Assembly (NCBI GenBank): GCA_964218365.1
Contig: CAXPMI010000009.1
Location: forward strand, 3,632 to 67,631
DNA: 64,000 bases
Source: Candidatus Poseidoniaceae archaeon
GTDB lineage: Archaea; Thermoplasmatota; Poseidoniia; Poseidoniales; Poseidoniaceae
Direction: 5' to 3'
Positions 33,837 through 43,692 of the stretch are shown here, piece by piece; the first letter of the stretch is position 1; each line of letters starts with the position of its first letter. The position numbers and the translations under genes were made by a program. The notes under the pieces are model-generated. The model was not told the DNA's origin, made no database searches, and worked only from the letters and a program-made list of their open reading frames with translations.

Positions 33837-35399
33837 TCACAGTGGAATATTTCCATGTTTCTTTGGCGGAGACCATTCCCGTTTTGAGGATAGGATTCTA
33901 AGCGCACGAATTAGCCTAAGCCTGCTTTCTTCAGGTTCAATGACATCATCTAGCCATCCATTTCTCGCAGCAACATATGGGTCGCCGAATTTTGTTTTGT
34001 ACTCTTCAACCAACAGTTGACGAGTTTCCTCTTTCTTATCTTCATCTGCAGCGGCAATCTCTCTTCTGTGAATGATGTTTACCGCACCTTCTGCTCCCAT
34101 GACCGCTAACTCTGCGGTAGGCCAAGCGATGTTGTAGTCTGATTGAAGGTGTTTACAACTCATTGCGAGGTAAGCACCACCGTAGGCCTTGCGAGTTACT
34201 AGTGTCATCTTTGGGACAGTAGCTTCAGCATAAGCAAAGAGTAGTTTTGCTCCGTGGCGGATTATTCCACCCCATTCCTGAACAACTCCGGGCAAGAAAC
34301 CGGGTACGTCCTCGAAAGTTACCAATGGAATGTTGAATGCATCACAGGTTCTGATAAACCGGGCGGCTTTAATTGAAGCATCAATATCCAAACAACCAGC
34401 GAGTACTTTGGGTTGATTTGCGACCACTCCGATTGTTTTGCCGTCCAATCTAGCAAAACCGATTACAATGTTCTCTGCATAGGAGTTGAATAATTCCATG
34501 AAAATCCCATCGTCTACAATTTCTTCAATCACTTTGACCATATCATATGGACGATTTGGGTTATCTGGTACGAGTTTAGTGAGATTAGGGTTTAGTCTGC
34601 CTGGCTCATCTGCGGTTAACTCAACGGGTGGGCTAGACTGATTATTGTCAGGCAGGTAGCCGAGTATATCGGCAGCTAATGCGCATGCTTCTTCTTCATC
34701 TTCTGCAATCAGGCAAGCTATTCCCGAGCGACTTGCATGTAATGTTGCTCCACCTAATCCTGCTGCATCGACTTCTCCATTGATGCATTCTGGTGTTTCG
34801 AGGGGAGATGACATGAAAAGTTGCCCGTGGTCATTTCCTAGAATTGTGAAATCTGCTAGACTTGCTCCAAGAGCTGATACGCCGACTACAGGGCCAAGTA
34901 CGAGTGAAATCATTGGAATCCTGCCCGAACATTGTACCAATCTGTCGAGTAACTCGCCAGTTCCTCCAAGGGATGCTATGCCGTCTTGAGCACGCTGGCC
35001 ACCGCCATCCCAAATTCCGACTATTGGGACCTTTGAGCGCTCAGCCATCTCGACAACTTTCGAGATTTTCTTGGCATGCATTTCACCCATTGACCCACCG
35101 TGAACAGAGAAATCTTGAGCGAAGCAGTAAATTCTCCTTCCATCTACTGTTCCGTGACCACATACCACGCCGTCTCCTAAAGTCTCGTGCATGAACATAC
35201 CATGGTCAGATGTTCTGTGAGTTAGGAACGTGTCAATCTCAACAAATGAGTCCTCATCCAATAGGTTACGGATTCGGTCTCTTGCAGTACCTCTGCCCGA
35301 GGCACGAATGCTTTCTTGGCGCTTCAAACCGCCTCCCATTTGCACCTTCCCTCGTCGGTACTTCAAGTCCTCGAGAGCGTCACTCGAATCCCTTGACAT
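33837..35399 (-). CDS. Acyl-CoA carboxylase carboxyltransferase (propionyl-CoA carboxylase beta / methylmalonyl-CoA carboxyltransferase)
   Basis: Motifs seen are 'GGGLKRQESIRASGRGTARDRIRNLLDEDSFVEID', 'FAQDFSVHGGSMGEMHAKKI', 'GVVANQPKVLAGCLDIDAS' and 'KAYGGAYLAM'. Confidence 0.85.
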   Translation of the reverse strand: MSRDSSDALEDLKYRRGKVQMGGGLKRQESIRASGRGTARDRIRNLLDEDSFVEIDTFLTHRTSDHGMFMHETLGDGVVCGHGTVDGRRIYCFAQDFSVHGGSMGEMHAKKISKVVEMAERSKVPIVGIWDGGGQRAQDGIASLGGTGELLDRLVQCSGRIPMISLVLGPVVGVSALGASLADFTILGNDHGQLFMSSPLETPECINGEVDAAGLGGATLHASRSGIACLIAEDEEEACALAADILGYLPDNNQSSPPVELTADEPGRLNPNLTKLVPDNPNRPYDMVKVIEEIVDDGIFMELFNSYAENIVIGFARLDGKTIGVVANQPKVLAGCLDIDASIKAARFIRTCDAFNIPLVTFEDVPGFLPGVVQEWGGIIRHGAKLLFAYAEATVPKMTLVTRKAYGGAYLAMSCKHLQSDYNIAWPTAELAVMGAEGAVNIIHRREIAAADEDKKEETRQLLVEEYKTKFGDPYVAARNGWLDDVIEPEESRLRLIRALRILSSKREWSPPKKHGNIPL

Positions 35400-35436
35400 A
35401 GCACTCCTAATCCTTTACGGTTATTCATTAAAGCGG

Positions 35437-36750
35437 TTATGACCTTAGAGTTGGCTGATTCTCACCGCAGAGATTTTTACCCAATATCGACAGGTCTTTT
35501 CCATTTGATAATGCCCAATGGACCTTTGTAAGTAGGGCTTCTGGTGAAGAGGTTTCACCGTGGCCTAATACGCCGATTTCCTGCTGGTTACGTCCCTTTG
35601 AATAGACGTTCAAATCAACTGGTCCGTTGATACACTGGTTGGCTATGACAATTGGTATTGGTGAGGATTTGATTGAATTGTACATATCTTCATTTTCAGG
35701 TGCGTCACCATTTGGGTTTTCGATTGGAAGATGACCAAGTCCTGTACCATGAATGATGATTGCTGAATAGCCAGAACTAATTGCAGCATCTAGTAGGTCG
35801 CTGTGCAAATGTGGGCCTGCGATAAATTGAGCAATTCTGATGTTTTTGTCATATTTTGTTGGGCTTGAAATTTCACGGTCACTGCTGAGGCTAGTTGGTG
35901 TGTGCGAAAGCCCTTCTCTTGTGATTGTGATTTCGCTAATTCTTTCACCGTTTACCATCTGGAAAGCATTCCTTCGAGTAGAATGCATCTTTCTTACAGC
36001 AACACCTGGACTAACTGCGCAAACTCCGTCACCGGAGCCTGCGTGCATTACAGTAACCGCTGCATCACCTTCACCAGTTACTTCTGGGCCATTAGCAGCC
36101 CAGTATACTGCGGATAGCAGGTTTTCTGTGGCATCAGATGATGCCCTATCTGATGATCGTTGTGAACCTGTGAATACGATTCTGCCTGCGGGCTTTCCAC
36201 CATTCCCTGCAAAGGCAAAAGAAAGTGCAGAGGCACTAACGTGGAGAGTGTCAGTTCCATGTGTGATGACAACTCCTACCGAACCAGAATCGAATGCATT
36301 TTGACATGCATCAATCATCTTGTTCCAATGAGTTGGCCTTATGTCATCAGACCACATATTGCCCAATTTTACTGCATCAATATTTGCGATCTCAAGAATT
36401 TCGGGAACGCTAGCCAAGAGTTCTTCAGGCTCGAATCTCGCAATTACAGCACCTGTAGTGTAATCGACTTTAGACGCGATTGTTCCACCAGTATGGATGA
36501 TTGTTACCTTAGGCAACTCTTGATTCTGGTCAATTGAATGTTCAACTTTTCCGGGAGTCGTCGAATCTCCGATTTCTTCAATTGAATCTACACTGCTCAA
36601 TGGATAACTTATGTTGTAGCCATTTGCTAGTTTTATTGTCAAATGGTCTGGTGCAGCGCCTGGAAGTACAACTCCTTGATGCGACGTACTGCCGCTTGGA
36701 CTTTGTGCGATAATTTTGACTCGTTTACCAAGCGTAGGCATCTCAACCAT
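35437..36750 (-). CDS. gatD: Glutamyl-tRNA(Gln) amidotransferase subunit D
   Basis: The N-terminal GatD domain has 'LTIKLANGYNISY'. The asparaginase domain has 'IIHTGGTIASKVDYTTGAV' and 'VVITHGTDT'. The likely start is 'MVEMPTLG' (36750). The ORF extends to 36816. Confidence 0.85.
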   Translation of the reverse strand: MVEMPTLGKRVKIIAQSPSGSTSHQGVVLPGAAPDHLTIKLANGYNISYPLSSVDSIEEIGDSTTPGKVEHSIDQNQELPKVTIIHTGGTIASKVDYTTGAVIARFEPEELLASVPEILEIANIDAVKLGNMWSDDIRPTHWNKMIDACQNAFDSGSVGVVITHGTDTLHVSASALSFAFAGNGGKPAGRIVFTGSQRSSDRASSDATENLLSAVYWAANGPEVTGEGDAAVTVMHAGSGDGVCAVSPGVAVRKMHSTRRNAFQMVNGERISEITITREGLSHTPTSLSSDREISSPTKYDKNIRIAQFIAGPHLHSDLLDAAISSGYSAIIIHGTGLGHLPIENPNGDAPENEDMYNSIKSSPIPIVIANQCINGPVDLNVYSKGRNQQEIGVLGHGETSSPEALLTKVHWALSNGKDLSILGKNLCGENQPTLRS

Positions 36751-36871
36751 GGTATAGCGTGATTCTGAAGCCTCTTGAATGTTAGTGGCATATGCAATCC
36801 AAGATTGCCAAACCATTGGTTGCTTCGAAACACGGCTCTTCTCTCAAACCGTGTAGCCGAAAAAGGTAGAT

Positions 36872-37222
36872 TCACTCTTGGCCTACAAGTTTGTAGTCTT
36901 CGGAAAGTGGTGTTGCACCAGTTTCCATCGAGATAATCTTACCATCCTTGAATTTCAAGAAGGACATCACTGCTTCAGAAGCAGATCCATTTGAAAAGTG
37001 TACGATTGAGTGTGCGACTCCTACCTCGTCATTCTCGAATAGGATTCTATCGTTTTCTGATTTTGGTCCTCCCTCTGAGCCAGCAAATCCGAGCAGGTCT
37101 GACTTGCCCATTGTTATTCCTCCAACGTGAGGGTTGAACACGAAATCATCGTGAATAATTTCTGCTAGTGCCTCTACGTCGCCGTTTTCCCAAGCCTCAT
37201 TGTATGCTGCAATAATTGACAT
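36872..37222 (-). CDS. SnoaL/NTF2-like small protein
   Basis: 'MSIIAAYNEAWENGDVEALAEIIHDDFVF' is a typical SnoaL-like N-terminus. The protein is about 116 aa. Confidence 0.5.
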   Translation of the reverse strand: MSIIAAYNEAWENGDVEALAEIIHDDFVFNPHVGGITMGKSDLLGFAGSEGGPKSENDRILFENDEVGVAHSIVHFSNGSASEAVMSFLKFKDGKIISMETGATPLSEDYKLVGQE

Positions 37223-37287
37223 GGTAAACCGTATCCGTCCAAACATATAGTATGATTGAAAGGAATCTATTGATTCATTTATCAGAA

Positions 37288-37752
37288 TTATTCAATCTTT
37301 GCTGGCATTGATGAATGATGTAGATTTATTCTCAACTTGCCTTCTGAATCGGTAATGTATCCAAAGGTATACTCTACCTTTACCTCATCCCCTTCGGGAG
37401 TGGTGAAAAAATAATTTCCCATTGCAGTAGCAGAATTTCCACTCAATATCACGTCTGAGTTTTCGAATCTAACTTTGGTCCATCCCTTGATTGCGAATCC
37501 TTTGTCTTCTGGGCAGACGTTATTTGATGCAACAAAGTAGGATAATGCACTTTCGAAATCAGGCCTAAACTGCTCCTGTGCGGCGAGTGTGGGTTTGAAC
37601 AGTACCTTTGAAATTCCATATGCGTATAGTGTGTCTACGTGGTTTCTTGCAATCGACACATAGTCGCTACCAGAAGAATGCGCTGTAGCAATGGCAACAA
37701 TTCCATTTCCCCAAGCAGATTGTGCGCTATGTACATCATCTAAGGTAAGCAT
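37288..37752 (-). CDS. Conserved hypothetical protein, probably NTF2-like fold
   Basis: The ORF is 154 aa, with 'SAQSAWGNGIVAIA...' at the N-terminus and 'VKVEYTFGY...INLHHSSMP' at the C-terminus. The fold assignment is from recollection only. Confidence 0.35.
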   Translation of the reverse strand: MLTLDDVHSAQSAWGNGIVAIATAHSSGSDYVSIARNHVDTLYAYGISKVLFKPTLAAQEQFRPDFESALSYFVASNNVCPEDKGFAIKGWTKVRFENSDVILSGNSATAMGNYFFTTPEGDEVKVEYTFGYITDSEGKLRINLHHSSMPAKIE

Positions 37753-37804
37753 GGCTATCCCTAACTTTTCTCCGGTGATGGAGATACAAAGTCTTTCTTA
37801 AGAC

Positions 37805-40345
37805 TCAATCTTCAGCCATTTCTGCTTCTAAGACATCATCGTCGTACTCTTTGTGTGATAGAACTACGCGATTGTTTGACTCTTTGAGGCTGTACCCTAA
37901 TCCGACCAATGCAACTACCAGTATCAGAGATAGGAAGGACATTGCTAGTGGGTATTCTGTGTAAATACCTGTAAGTGATGAAAAGAATCCGTCTTCTCCT
38001 TCCTCTCCACCCGTGTCTTTTGGCTTAATTAATGCCACAACAGCAGCTTGATCGTAGACTAGTCTAGTGAAAGTTAGTTTGCCATCATTATCTGAATCAT
38101 ACACCTCAGAAGGAAGTGCGGGGTCAAGGTCAGAATAGAAATCAGGTCTCTGTTCAAACGCGATGTCAACCGGCTGGCTTAGGTCAAGTGTCAGTAACAC
38201 GTCAACAGTGTATGGAATTCTTGATTCAAAGAATTCAGGGTCCTCAATTACACCGAACAGTGTGATAGCTTGTCCGGTCACATCGAAGTGAGCCCACTTG
38301 CCCCAGTGTGAACTGTCTACATCCAAATCATAGTACCAAGTATCAGCTATTCTGATTCCCTGTCCTTGTCCATCATTTGAGCCGTCTTCTCCCAAATCAA
38401 TTGAAAGTTGGAGTTGACCGGCTTGTGCAGTTTCCAACTCGAATTCAGATGCGGCGAGTGTTGCTTCTAGTCTCTCTGTTCCATTCGGAATAAAGACGTA
38501 GTGAGAATCTTCAGTGTAATATACAGCGCCGTTTGCACCGTTGTTGAAGTGGTTCCAGTCACCCTTCCAGGAGTGCTTAACTCTGTCAGTGTTCACAGGA
38601 ATTGTTGCAGTACCCATCATTTCTTGGTAGATTTCGTAAGCATCCCAAACGTTGTATTCAGGGTGGTCTACAAACCCGTCTCCATTTTGGTCTCTCATGA
38701 GTTGTAGGGTTCTTGCTAGGGCGACAGCAGCGTCGGTATCAGTTAGTCCGTGGCCAACACGCCAGTCGTGACATCCTCCTGTTGCGCTTCTGTAGCACTC
38801 TTCAGGAATGTCTGCACATCCATCTTCGCTGTTTCCATCTTCACAGGAATTTGCCATTCCATCATATCTCGATGTAAGTTCAAGGATTAACTCGAATTCG
38901 TGGACTCGGCTGTAATTTTCACTGTCCCAATTTTCGTACTGTCCATATGCAGCAGTGCCATCTCCTCCAACTAGACTGTCTCCAAAGTCGTGGTCGTCTC
39001 TATGGTAATCTGCAACTCCAAGCGAAGGTGCTGCATTTAGGACCAGCCCTGCGATGCCTCCAACGTGAGGTGTAGCCATCGATGTCCCTGAGATTGCCAT
39101 ATAGTACAAGTCGCCCTGTGTGCGGGTGGATGCATCGATTGCGGTACCTCGTGGAGCAGTAGCCCAAATATCACGGCCGGGCGCACCCACGTCCGGCCAA
39201 GTGTGCTGCTGATTCATACAACCTCTAGACGAGAATGATGTAACTGCAGTTCCGTCGTGAGTAAGTGCTGCAACAGATACAGCTGAAGGAGTGTTTGCGT
39301 AGACATTGGTTCGCAGGTCACCCGAGCACTCTGCTCCAGATCCTCCTGAATTAGATGCAGCAAATATTACCGCAACTCCGTTCTCGTAGGTCAGTTTGTC
39401 AGTTAGTTGGGCGATTACGCCTTGTGGGTTGTAATCTCCGTCGGTTCCCCATGAATTAGAAACAACACGAATGTGGTGCTGATTTTGTCCGGGTATCGAG
39501 TGTGCATATGTCCACTCTAGTCCTTGCTCAGCAGCGAAAATAGAAGCGCCATCACCAGTTCCTAGAGCAACAAGTTGGCCGCCCTTGGCAACACCCGCTC
39601 TGCGTCCACTAGAAGCATCACCGTTTCCTGCGATTGTTCCTCCAACGTGAGTTCCGTGCCCTGACGATGTGTCAGAGTTCCTAGTTTCAGTCCAGCCAAC
39701 ACCATCGAACTTAGCGGAATAAATCGCCTTGTCTCCCGTCCATGGTTCAAGATAGTCATAGTCTGGATGCCCGGCATCAACACCTGTGTCCAAATCCACA
39801 ATTGCGGTTCCGTCACCATCCCACTCAGTGAATGATTGGTCGATTTCGTATTCAACTTCGCCAGTTGGAGAAATGATTGCACGACTCCAAGAGTCGGTAG
39901 CAGTAACAACGTGGGTGGTTTCATGCATCATGATACCTGCATCGGTAGTAGGTTCTCCTCCCCATTCTGATGGCAAGTAGAAAAATTCGAGAGGCTTGTC
40001 AAGTTCAAGGTACTCGATTCTCTCCCAATTCGATAGTTCACGAACTTCTCCAATTGTTCCTTCAACCAATCCACCATCAACCAGTGGTGCCCTTCCAAGC
40101 ACCTCAAATCCTAACTCTATCAGGTGTTTCTCATCACTCTCGGTCATTGGGGAGTTAAGTTGGAATATTACTGGGATCAGTTTTGAGTTGTCGTTATTTT
40201 CCAACTCTTCCAATAGGTCATCATTCATTTTTGTGAGGTCTCCGAGTGGGTTTACACCATCTGCTAGAGGAGAAGCAACTGCGCTAAGCATTAGCAACTG
40301 GATGAAAAGTGCAGACGAAATGATGTAGCGTCTAGACGATGCCAT
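37805..40345 (-). CDS. Secreted, membrane-anchored subtilisin-like serine protease (S8)
   Basis: The signal peptide is 'IISSALFIQLLMLSAVASP'. The catalytic triad motifs are 'VDLDTGVDAGHPDY' (Asp), 'SGHGTHVGGTIAGNG' (His) and 'ISGTSMATPHVGGIAGLVL' (Ser). The C-terminal TM is 'LAMSFLSLILVVALVGLGY'. Confidence 0.85.
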   Translation of the reverse strand: MASSRRYIISSALFIQLLMLSAVASPLADGVNPLGDLTKMNDDLLEELENNDNSKLIPVIFQLNSPMTESDEKHLIELGFEVLGRAPLVDGGLVEGTIGEVRELSNWERIEYLELDKPLEFFYLPSEWGGEPTTDAGIMMHETTHVVTATDSWSRAIISPTGEVEYEIDQSFTEWDGDGTAIVDLDTGVDAGHPDYDYLEPWTGDKAIYSAKFDGVGWTETRNSDTSSGHGTHVGGTIAGNGDASSGRRAGVAKGGQLVALGTGDGASIFAAEQGLEWTYAHSIPGQNQHHIRVVSNSWGTDGDYNPQGVIAQLTDKLTYENGVAVIFAASNSGGSGAECSGDLRTNVYANTPSAVSVAALTHDGTAVTSFSSRGCMNQQHTWPDVGAPGRDIWATAPRGTAIDASTRTQGDLYYMAISGTSMATPHVGGIAGLVLNAAPSLGVADYHRDDHDFGDSLVGGDGTAAYGQYENWDSENYSRVHEFELILELTSRYDGMANSCEDGNSEDGCADIPEECYRSATGGCHDWRVGHGLTDTDAAVALARTLQLMRDQNGDGFVDHPEYNVWDAYEIYQEMMGTATIPVNTDRVKHSWKGDWNHFNNGANGAVYYTEDSHYVFIPNGTERLEATLAASEFELETAQAGQLQLSIDLGEDGSNDGQGQGIRIADTWYYDLDVDSSHWGKWAHFDVTGQAITLFGVIEDPEFFESRIPYTVDVLLTLDLSQPVDIAFEQRPDFYSDLDPALPSEVYDSDNDGKLTFTRLVYDQAAVVALIKPKDTGGEEGEDGFFSSLTGIYTEYPLAMSFLSLILVVALVGLGYSLKESNNRVVLSHKEYDDDVLEAEMAED

Positions 40346-40469
40346 TGTTGTAATTTCACTGCACGATTCTTATAACAATACTGATATTTTGCACTCAATG
40401 TATCTTACCGATGCCACGAGTGGTGTCGACTTCTGATGCTATCTGCATTGTTAATTGCAGCCTAGGTAA

Positions 40470-42512
40470 TCATATTCCATGAAGGTCCTTTGATTTGTTA
40501 TGGCTCCAATGATAAGCTAATTTCAGTATTTCAAGATAGTGTCCCTGACCGTCCTTGATCAACTTCTCATGAAGTGGTTCGTTGTTCATTAGGACATCTC
40601 CCCAAACATTTGCAGAGGTACCCTTCTTGCCCTTTGGCAGGTCGAAAACCTCCTTGGTTGTGGGCTCTAGTAGGTTCTTCCAGACAACGGCAGGGTTCAC
40701 TGCCATTGTAACTTCGACAATGATTTCATCTTCGTTCAGTCCAGTTCCTGTTTGCCAAGAATCTTCTCCCATATCTGCAAGGAATGGTAGGCACAGGTCA
40801 CTAATTGATAGTCCAGTCATTGGGTCCGCTCCAGTCATGTTTGCGAAAGCCTCTCTCATTCGTCCTCTGTCAGCACCTCTTGCTCCTGTTATGGAGCGGA
40901 GCTTGTCTATTGAGGTAGGTACTAGGAACCTGATGTCTGTGTAGTAAACGAGCGCTTGGTCGCTTCCTCCTTCCTTTGGTGCGAAGATGTGTGAGAACGG
41001 CTGAACACCGCCTGATTCTCCTAGCATATCAAGTGGGAATAGCGTCTTCAGAGCGTTTGTTGCAACAGATTGAACAACACGTCGTATCAGCCTCTCCGGT
41101 GCAGCAGAAACATCGTTGAAAGTTTCCATATACTCGTCAAGATTCAATACATCATATCCACGTACAGCAAGGATTGAGTGGACATTTGGTCCAAGTTTCT
41201 TGTTGTCTCCAACCTGCGCTTGGCTAATCCATCGAGCACCCTTGGCTTGGTCACTTGCGGTAATCAAGTCAGCATATGCCTTGTATCTGCGAGTAACTCT
41301 ATTCATGAAATCAGCTTGGTCAAGTTTTGTGAATACCGTGGCTGCATAGTTTGACTTTAGTGCATGGTCAGCAACTTGGCTTGCGTTAACACAGGTCAAG
41401 AGATTTCCTTGGTCTTGTGGGTAAACCAGTAATCTGCGTCTCTTTGATGCTCCTCCCAAAGTTCCGATGTTAGGGTCGGTTAGTAAGTAACCAAAGGTTC
41501 CAGTAACTTCGAACAATCTTGAATACTTGTCTTCATCTGTTGCGTTCTTAATCCACTCATCCAATCCAGGTTCAATACAGTGGAATTCTAGAGGCACCAT
41601 CTCTGAACCAGCGCCGAACATTTGGCGAACGGTGGATGATGACATCATGCCCATCATTGTGTAGAGAGATGTTTTTCCTGTGGTCAAATAAACGTCAGTG
41701 ATTCCTTCTTCGCCGAATGAAATACGGCGGTCTGGTAGATTGACTAGCAGATTGAATGCGGTTGCAGTGTCTCTGTTTCCATCCACTGCAGGAGTGATCC
41801 AAGTAGTTGGCTTTGTCATAATGTAACCACTAGCGTCCTTTCCAAATCCTGCTGGTGAGTATCTAATCCAGCCAAATCGGTTGTTGAATGCGACATTTCT
41901 GTGCATAAGAGATGGGTAGTATACCTTGTCTTGTGGGTCGGAGTCCGGAACAACTCCTCTGTGGCCAAGTCCCCACAGGATTGGCTCCCACTCGGCGTCT
42001 CCATCTTCATATCCACCAGTTCCTAGCAATGGGTGGTTGTTAGACAGGGTTTCTCCAGTAAGGAAAGAGCCTCCGAGTCTGTCTTCATCTCCGGTTGAAC
42101 AGAAAAAGAAAGTCTGTGTTGTAACCAATTGCTTAGGAGTCCACATGTTAGCATTAACTACGGTCTTCTGCTTCAAGAAGTCAGAAATTGTGCTGATTCT
42201 TCTTTCGAATTTGAATCTCTCTGACTCAATCCAAGTTGATCCCAATACCAGGTTAGTGTTGAGCAACTTAGGAACTCCTGGGCCAATATATCGTGTCCTC
42301 GGGTCTTCCTTGGTATTATCAGTTGCATGCACCATTTCCCATGGTCCCTCACGAGGTACATAATTCAAGAATTCCTCGTGGTTAAATGGCATCTTCGATG
42401 CTTCTTTGACTGCGTCTTCGACTTTGTCCATTAGTTGGACATATGTCTCTGATGGTGAAACTCTGCCACTTTCTTCAAACTGCTTTTGCGATACTGCTCT
42501 ATGTTCCCACAT
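40470..42512 (-). CDS. Hypothetical 680-aa soluble protein (no recognisable family)
   Basis: The ORF is long and clean, with ordinary globular composition and no TM or signal peptide. It starts 12 nt downstream of the EF-hand gene. No catalytic or nucleotide-binding motif was recognised. Confidence 0.6.
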   Translation of the reverse strand: MWEHRAVSQKQFEESGRVSPSETYVQLMDKVEDAVKEASKMPFNHEEFLNYVPREGPWEMVHATDNTKEDPRTRYIGPGVPKLLNTNLVLGSTWIESERFKFERRISTISDFLKQKTVVNANMWTPKQLVTTQTFFFCSTGDEDRLGGSFLTGETLSNNHPLLGTGGYEDGDAEWEPILWGLGHRGVVPDSDPQDKVYYPSLMHRNVAFNNRFGWIRYSPAGFGKDASGYIMTKPTTWITPAVDGNRDTATAFNLLVNLPDRRISFGEEGITDVYLTTGKTSLYTMMGMMSSSTVRQMFGAGSEMVPLEFHCIEPGLDEWIKNATDEDKYSRLFEVTGTFGYLLTDPNIGTLGGASKRRRLLVYPQDQGNLLTCVNASQVADHALKSNYAATVFTKLDQADFMNRVTRRYKAYADLITASDQAKGARWISQAQVGDNKKLGPNVHSILAVRGYDVLNLDEYMETFNDVSAAPERLIRRVVQSVATNALKTLFPLDMLGESGGVQPFSHIFAPKEGGSDQALVYYTDIRFLVPTSIDKLRSITGARGADRGRMREAFANMTGADPMTGLSISDLCLPFLADMGEDSWQTGTGLNEDEIIVEVTMAVNPAVVWKNLLEPTTKEVFDLPKGKKGTSANVWGDVLMNNEPLHEKLIKDGQGHYLEILKLAYHWSHNKSKDLHGI

Positions 42513-42524
42513 TTTATTTTCACC

Positions 42525-43679
42525 TCAGAATTTCTTCTTTTTCTTTGGAGTTTCTTTCACAACTTCTTCAGTTGTTTCTTCGCCATCAGACTCGTCTTCT
42601 GAATCTTCCGCTTCTTCAACGGCTTCATCTGATTCAGACTCGTCAGATGCATCTTCGTTATCATTTGATTCCTCGTCTGACTCTTCAACTTCTGTTTCTT
42701 CTTCAGTTGTTTCTTCATCAGCAGCCTCTTCAGTTTCTTCAACTTCTTCGGAACCTTCTTCCTCGGATTCAGTTGCAGGTTCTTCCTCTGCTTCGTCTCC
42801 GGTTGATTCTTCATCAGCAGCCTCATCCGTATCTTCCTCAGAGTCGTCTTCTACAGATTCTTCATCTTCGGATGTCTCAGTCTCTATGTTTGTCTCCACA
42901 GATTCTTCGTCACTTTCTGTTGTATTATCGGTTGATTCTGGAGCCTCTTCAACAGTTTCTTCTTCGGTTACCGAGTCTTCTGTTGCTTCCTCTGAATCCT
43001 CAGCAGCTTCTTCCTCTGTCTTCTCTTCTTCTACATATGGAATGAATTCTATACCGAGAGCATTTCTGATGTTTAGTAGTGCGATGTCTAATTCAGGAAG
43101 GTTGATTCTGCCGTCTGAGTTAATGTCCATGAGTTTGACTAATTCCTCAATTTCCCACGGTGGCAGGTTTGCAATTTCAGCAGCACGTAGCGCGTTTGCG
43201 AATTCCACCATGTCGATAGAACCAGAGTTGTCTACATCTGCCCACTCAAAGAATTGGACAGTTGTAGTTCCTCTGCTGCAAAGCCATTTTGTCAACTTGA
43301 CCAGGTCTTCATCAAATACAGGTCCACGCTCTGGTTCTTGTTCTTCTTCTCCTCTTGGGATTAGACTTTGGATTACAAGCCCGAGAGTTCCAAGCACAGC
43401 ACCAAGGCCGATAATCACTCCATTGTTTGTCCTTTGTGTGTCATTCGGGTCGATGTTGGTAGCCATGCCTGTTTCCGGCGGTATTGCGATGCCCGCTACG
43501 TTAGAAATAGCTTCAATTCCTACCCAAGCTGCAAAGATAATCATGATGATTGAAACAGTGTTTGCTGTCTTCACATCTTTGTTAATCCAGTCGATAAGGG
43601 GTGAACTAGCACCTTGCATGCTTGCGCGTTGCAATCTTAGCATATAATTAGTATCCCTTTTTTTATGGGGTACTAGCAT
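42525..43679 (-). CDS. Two-TM membrane protein with a canonical EF-hand pair and a ~250-aa polyacidic C-terminal tail
   Basis: The N-terminus is basic. The two TM helices are 'VSIIMIIFAAWVGIEAI' and 'VIIGLGAVLGTLGLVIQSLI'. The EF loops are 'DVDNSGSIDMVE' and 'DINSDGRINLPE'. An E/D/T/S-rich tail follows and ends in 'KKKKKF'. The start is uncertain (43679, 43715 or 43745). Confidence 0.7.
   Translation of the reverse strand: MLVPHKKRDTNYMLRLQRASMQGASSPLIDWINKDVKTANTVSIIMIIFAAWVGIEAISNVAGIAIPPETGMATNIDPNDTQRTNNGVIIGLGAVLGTLGLVIQSLIPRGEEEQEPERGPVFDEDLVKLTKWLCSRGTTTVQFFEWADVDNSGSIDMVEFANALRAAEIANLPPWEIEELVKLMDINSDGRINLPELDIALLNIRNALGIEFIPYVEEEKTEEEAAEDSEEATEDSVTEEETVEEAPESTDNTTESDEESVETNIETETSEDEESVEDDSEEDTDEAADEESTGDEAEEEPATESEEEGSEEVEETEEAADEETTEEETEVEESDEESNDNEDASDESESDEAVEEAEDSEDESDGEETTEEVVKETPKKKKKF
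43092..43238 (-). other. EF-hand pair (two 12-residue Ca-binding loops)
   Basis: Loop 1 is at 43203-43238 (D-V-D-N-S-G-S-I-D-M-V-E). Loop 2 is at 43092-43127 (D-I-N-S-D-G-R-I-N-L-P-E). Both satisfy the canonical pattern D-x-[DN]-x-[DS]-G-x-I-x-x-x-E. Confidence 0.75.
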
Positions 43680-43692
43680 CAATTTTCGGGCT

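Noticed and set aside
40470-42512. A possible GTP-dependent PEP carboxykinase, based on 'LPDRRISFG' and 'TTGKTSLYTMMG' resembling 'LPDRREIISFGSGYGGN' and 'PSACGKTNLAMM'
   Set aside because: The two motifs are about 8 aa apart here, compared with about 50 aa in PEPCK. The GSGYGGN kinase loop is absent, and nothing else aligns. I treat it as chance similarity.
42406-43647. A 413-aa Ser-rich ORF on the plus strand, plus overlapping ORFs at 42443-43045 (+) and 42557-42826 (-)
   Set aside because: It is the antisense shadow of the polyacidic (GAA/GAT-rich) tail of the EF-hand protein. Its composition is extremely low-complexity (poly-Ser), and it has no start context. The minus-strand frame carries canonical EF-hand loops and TM helices.
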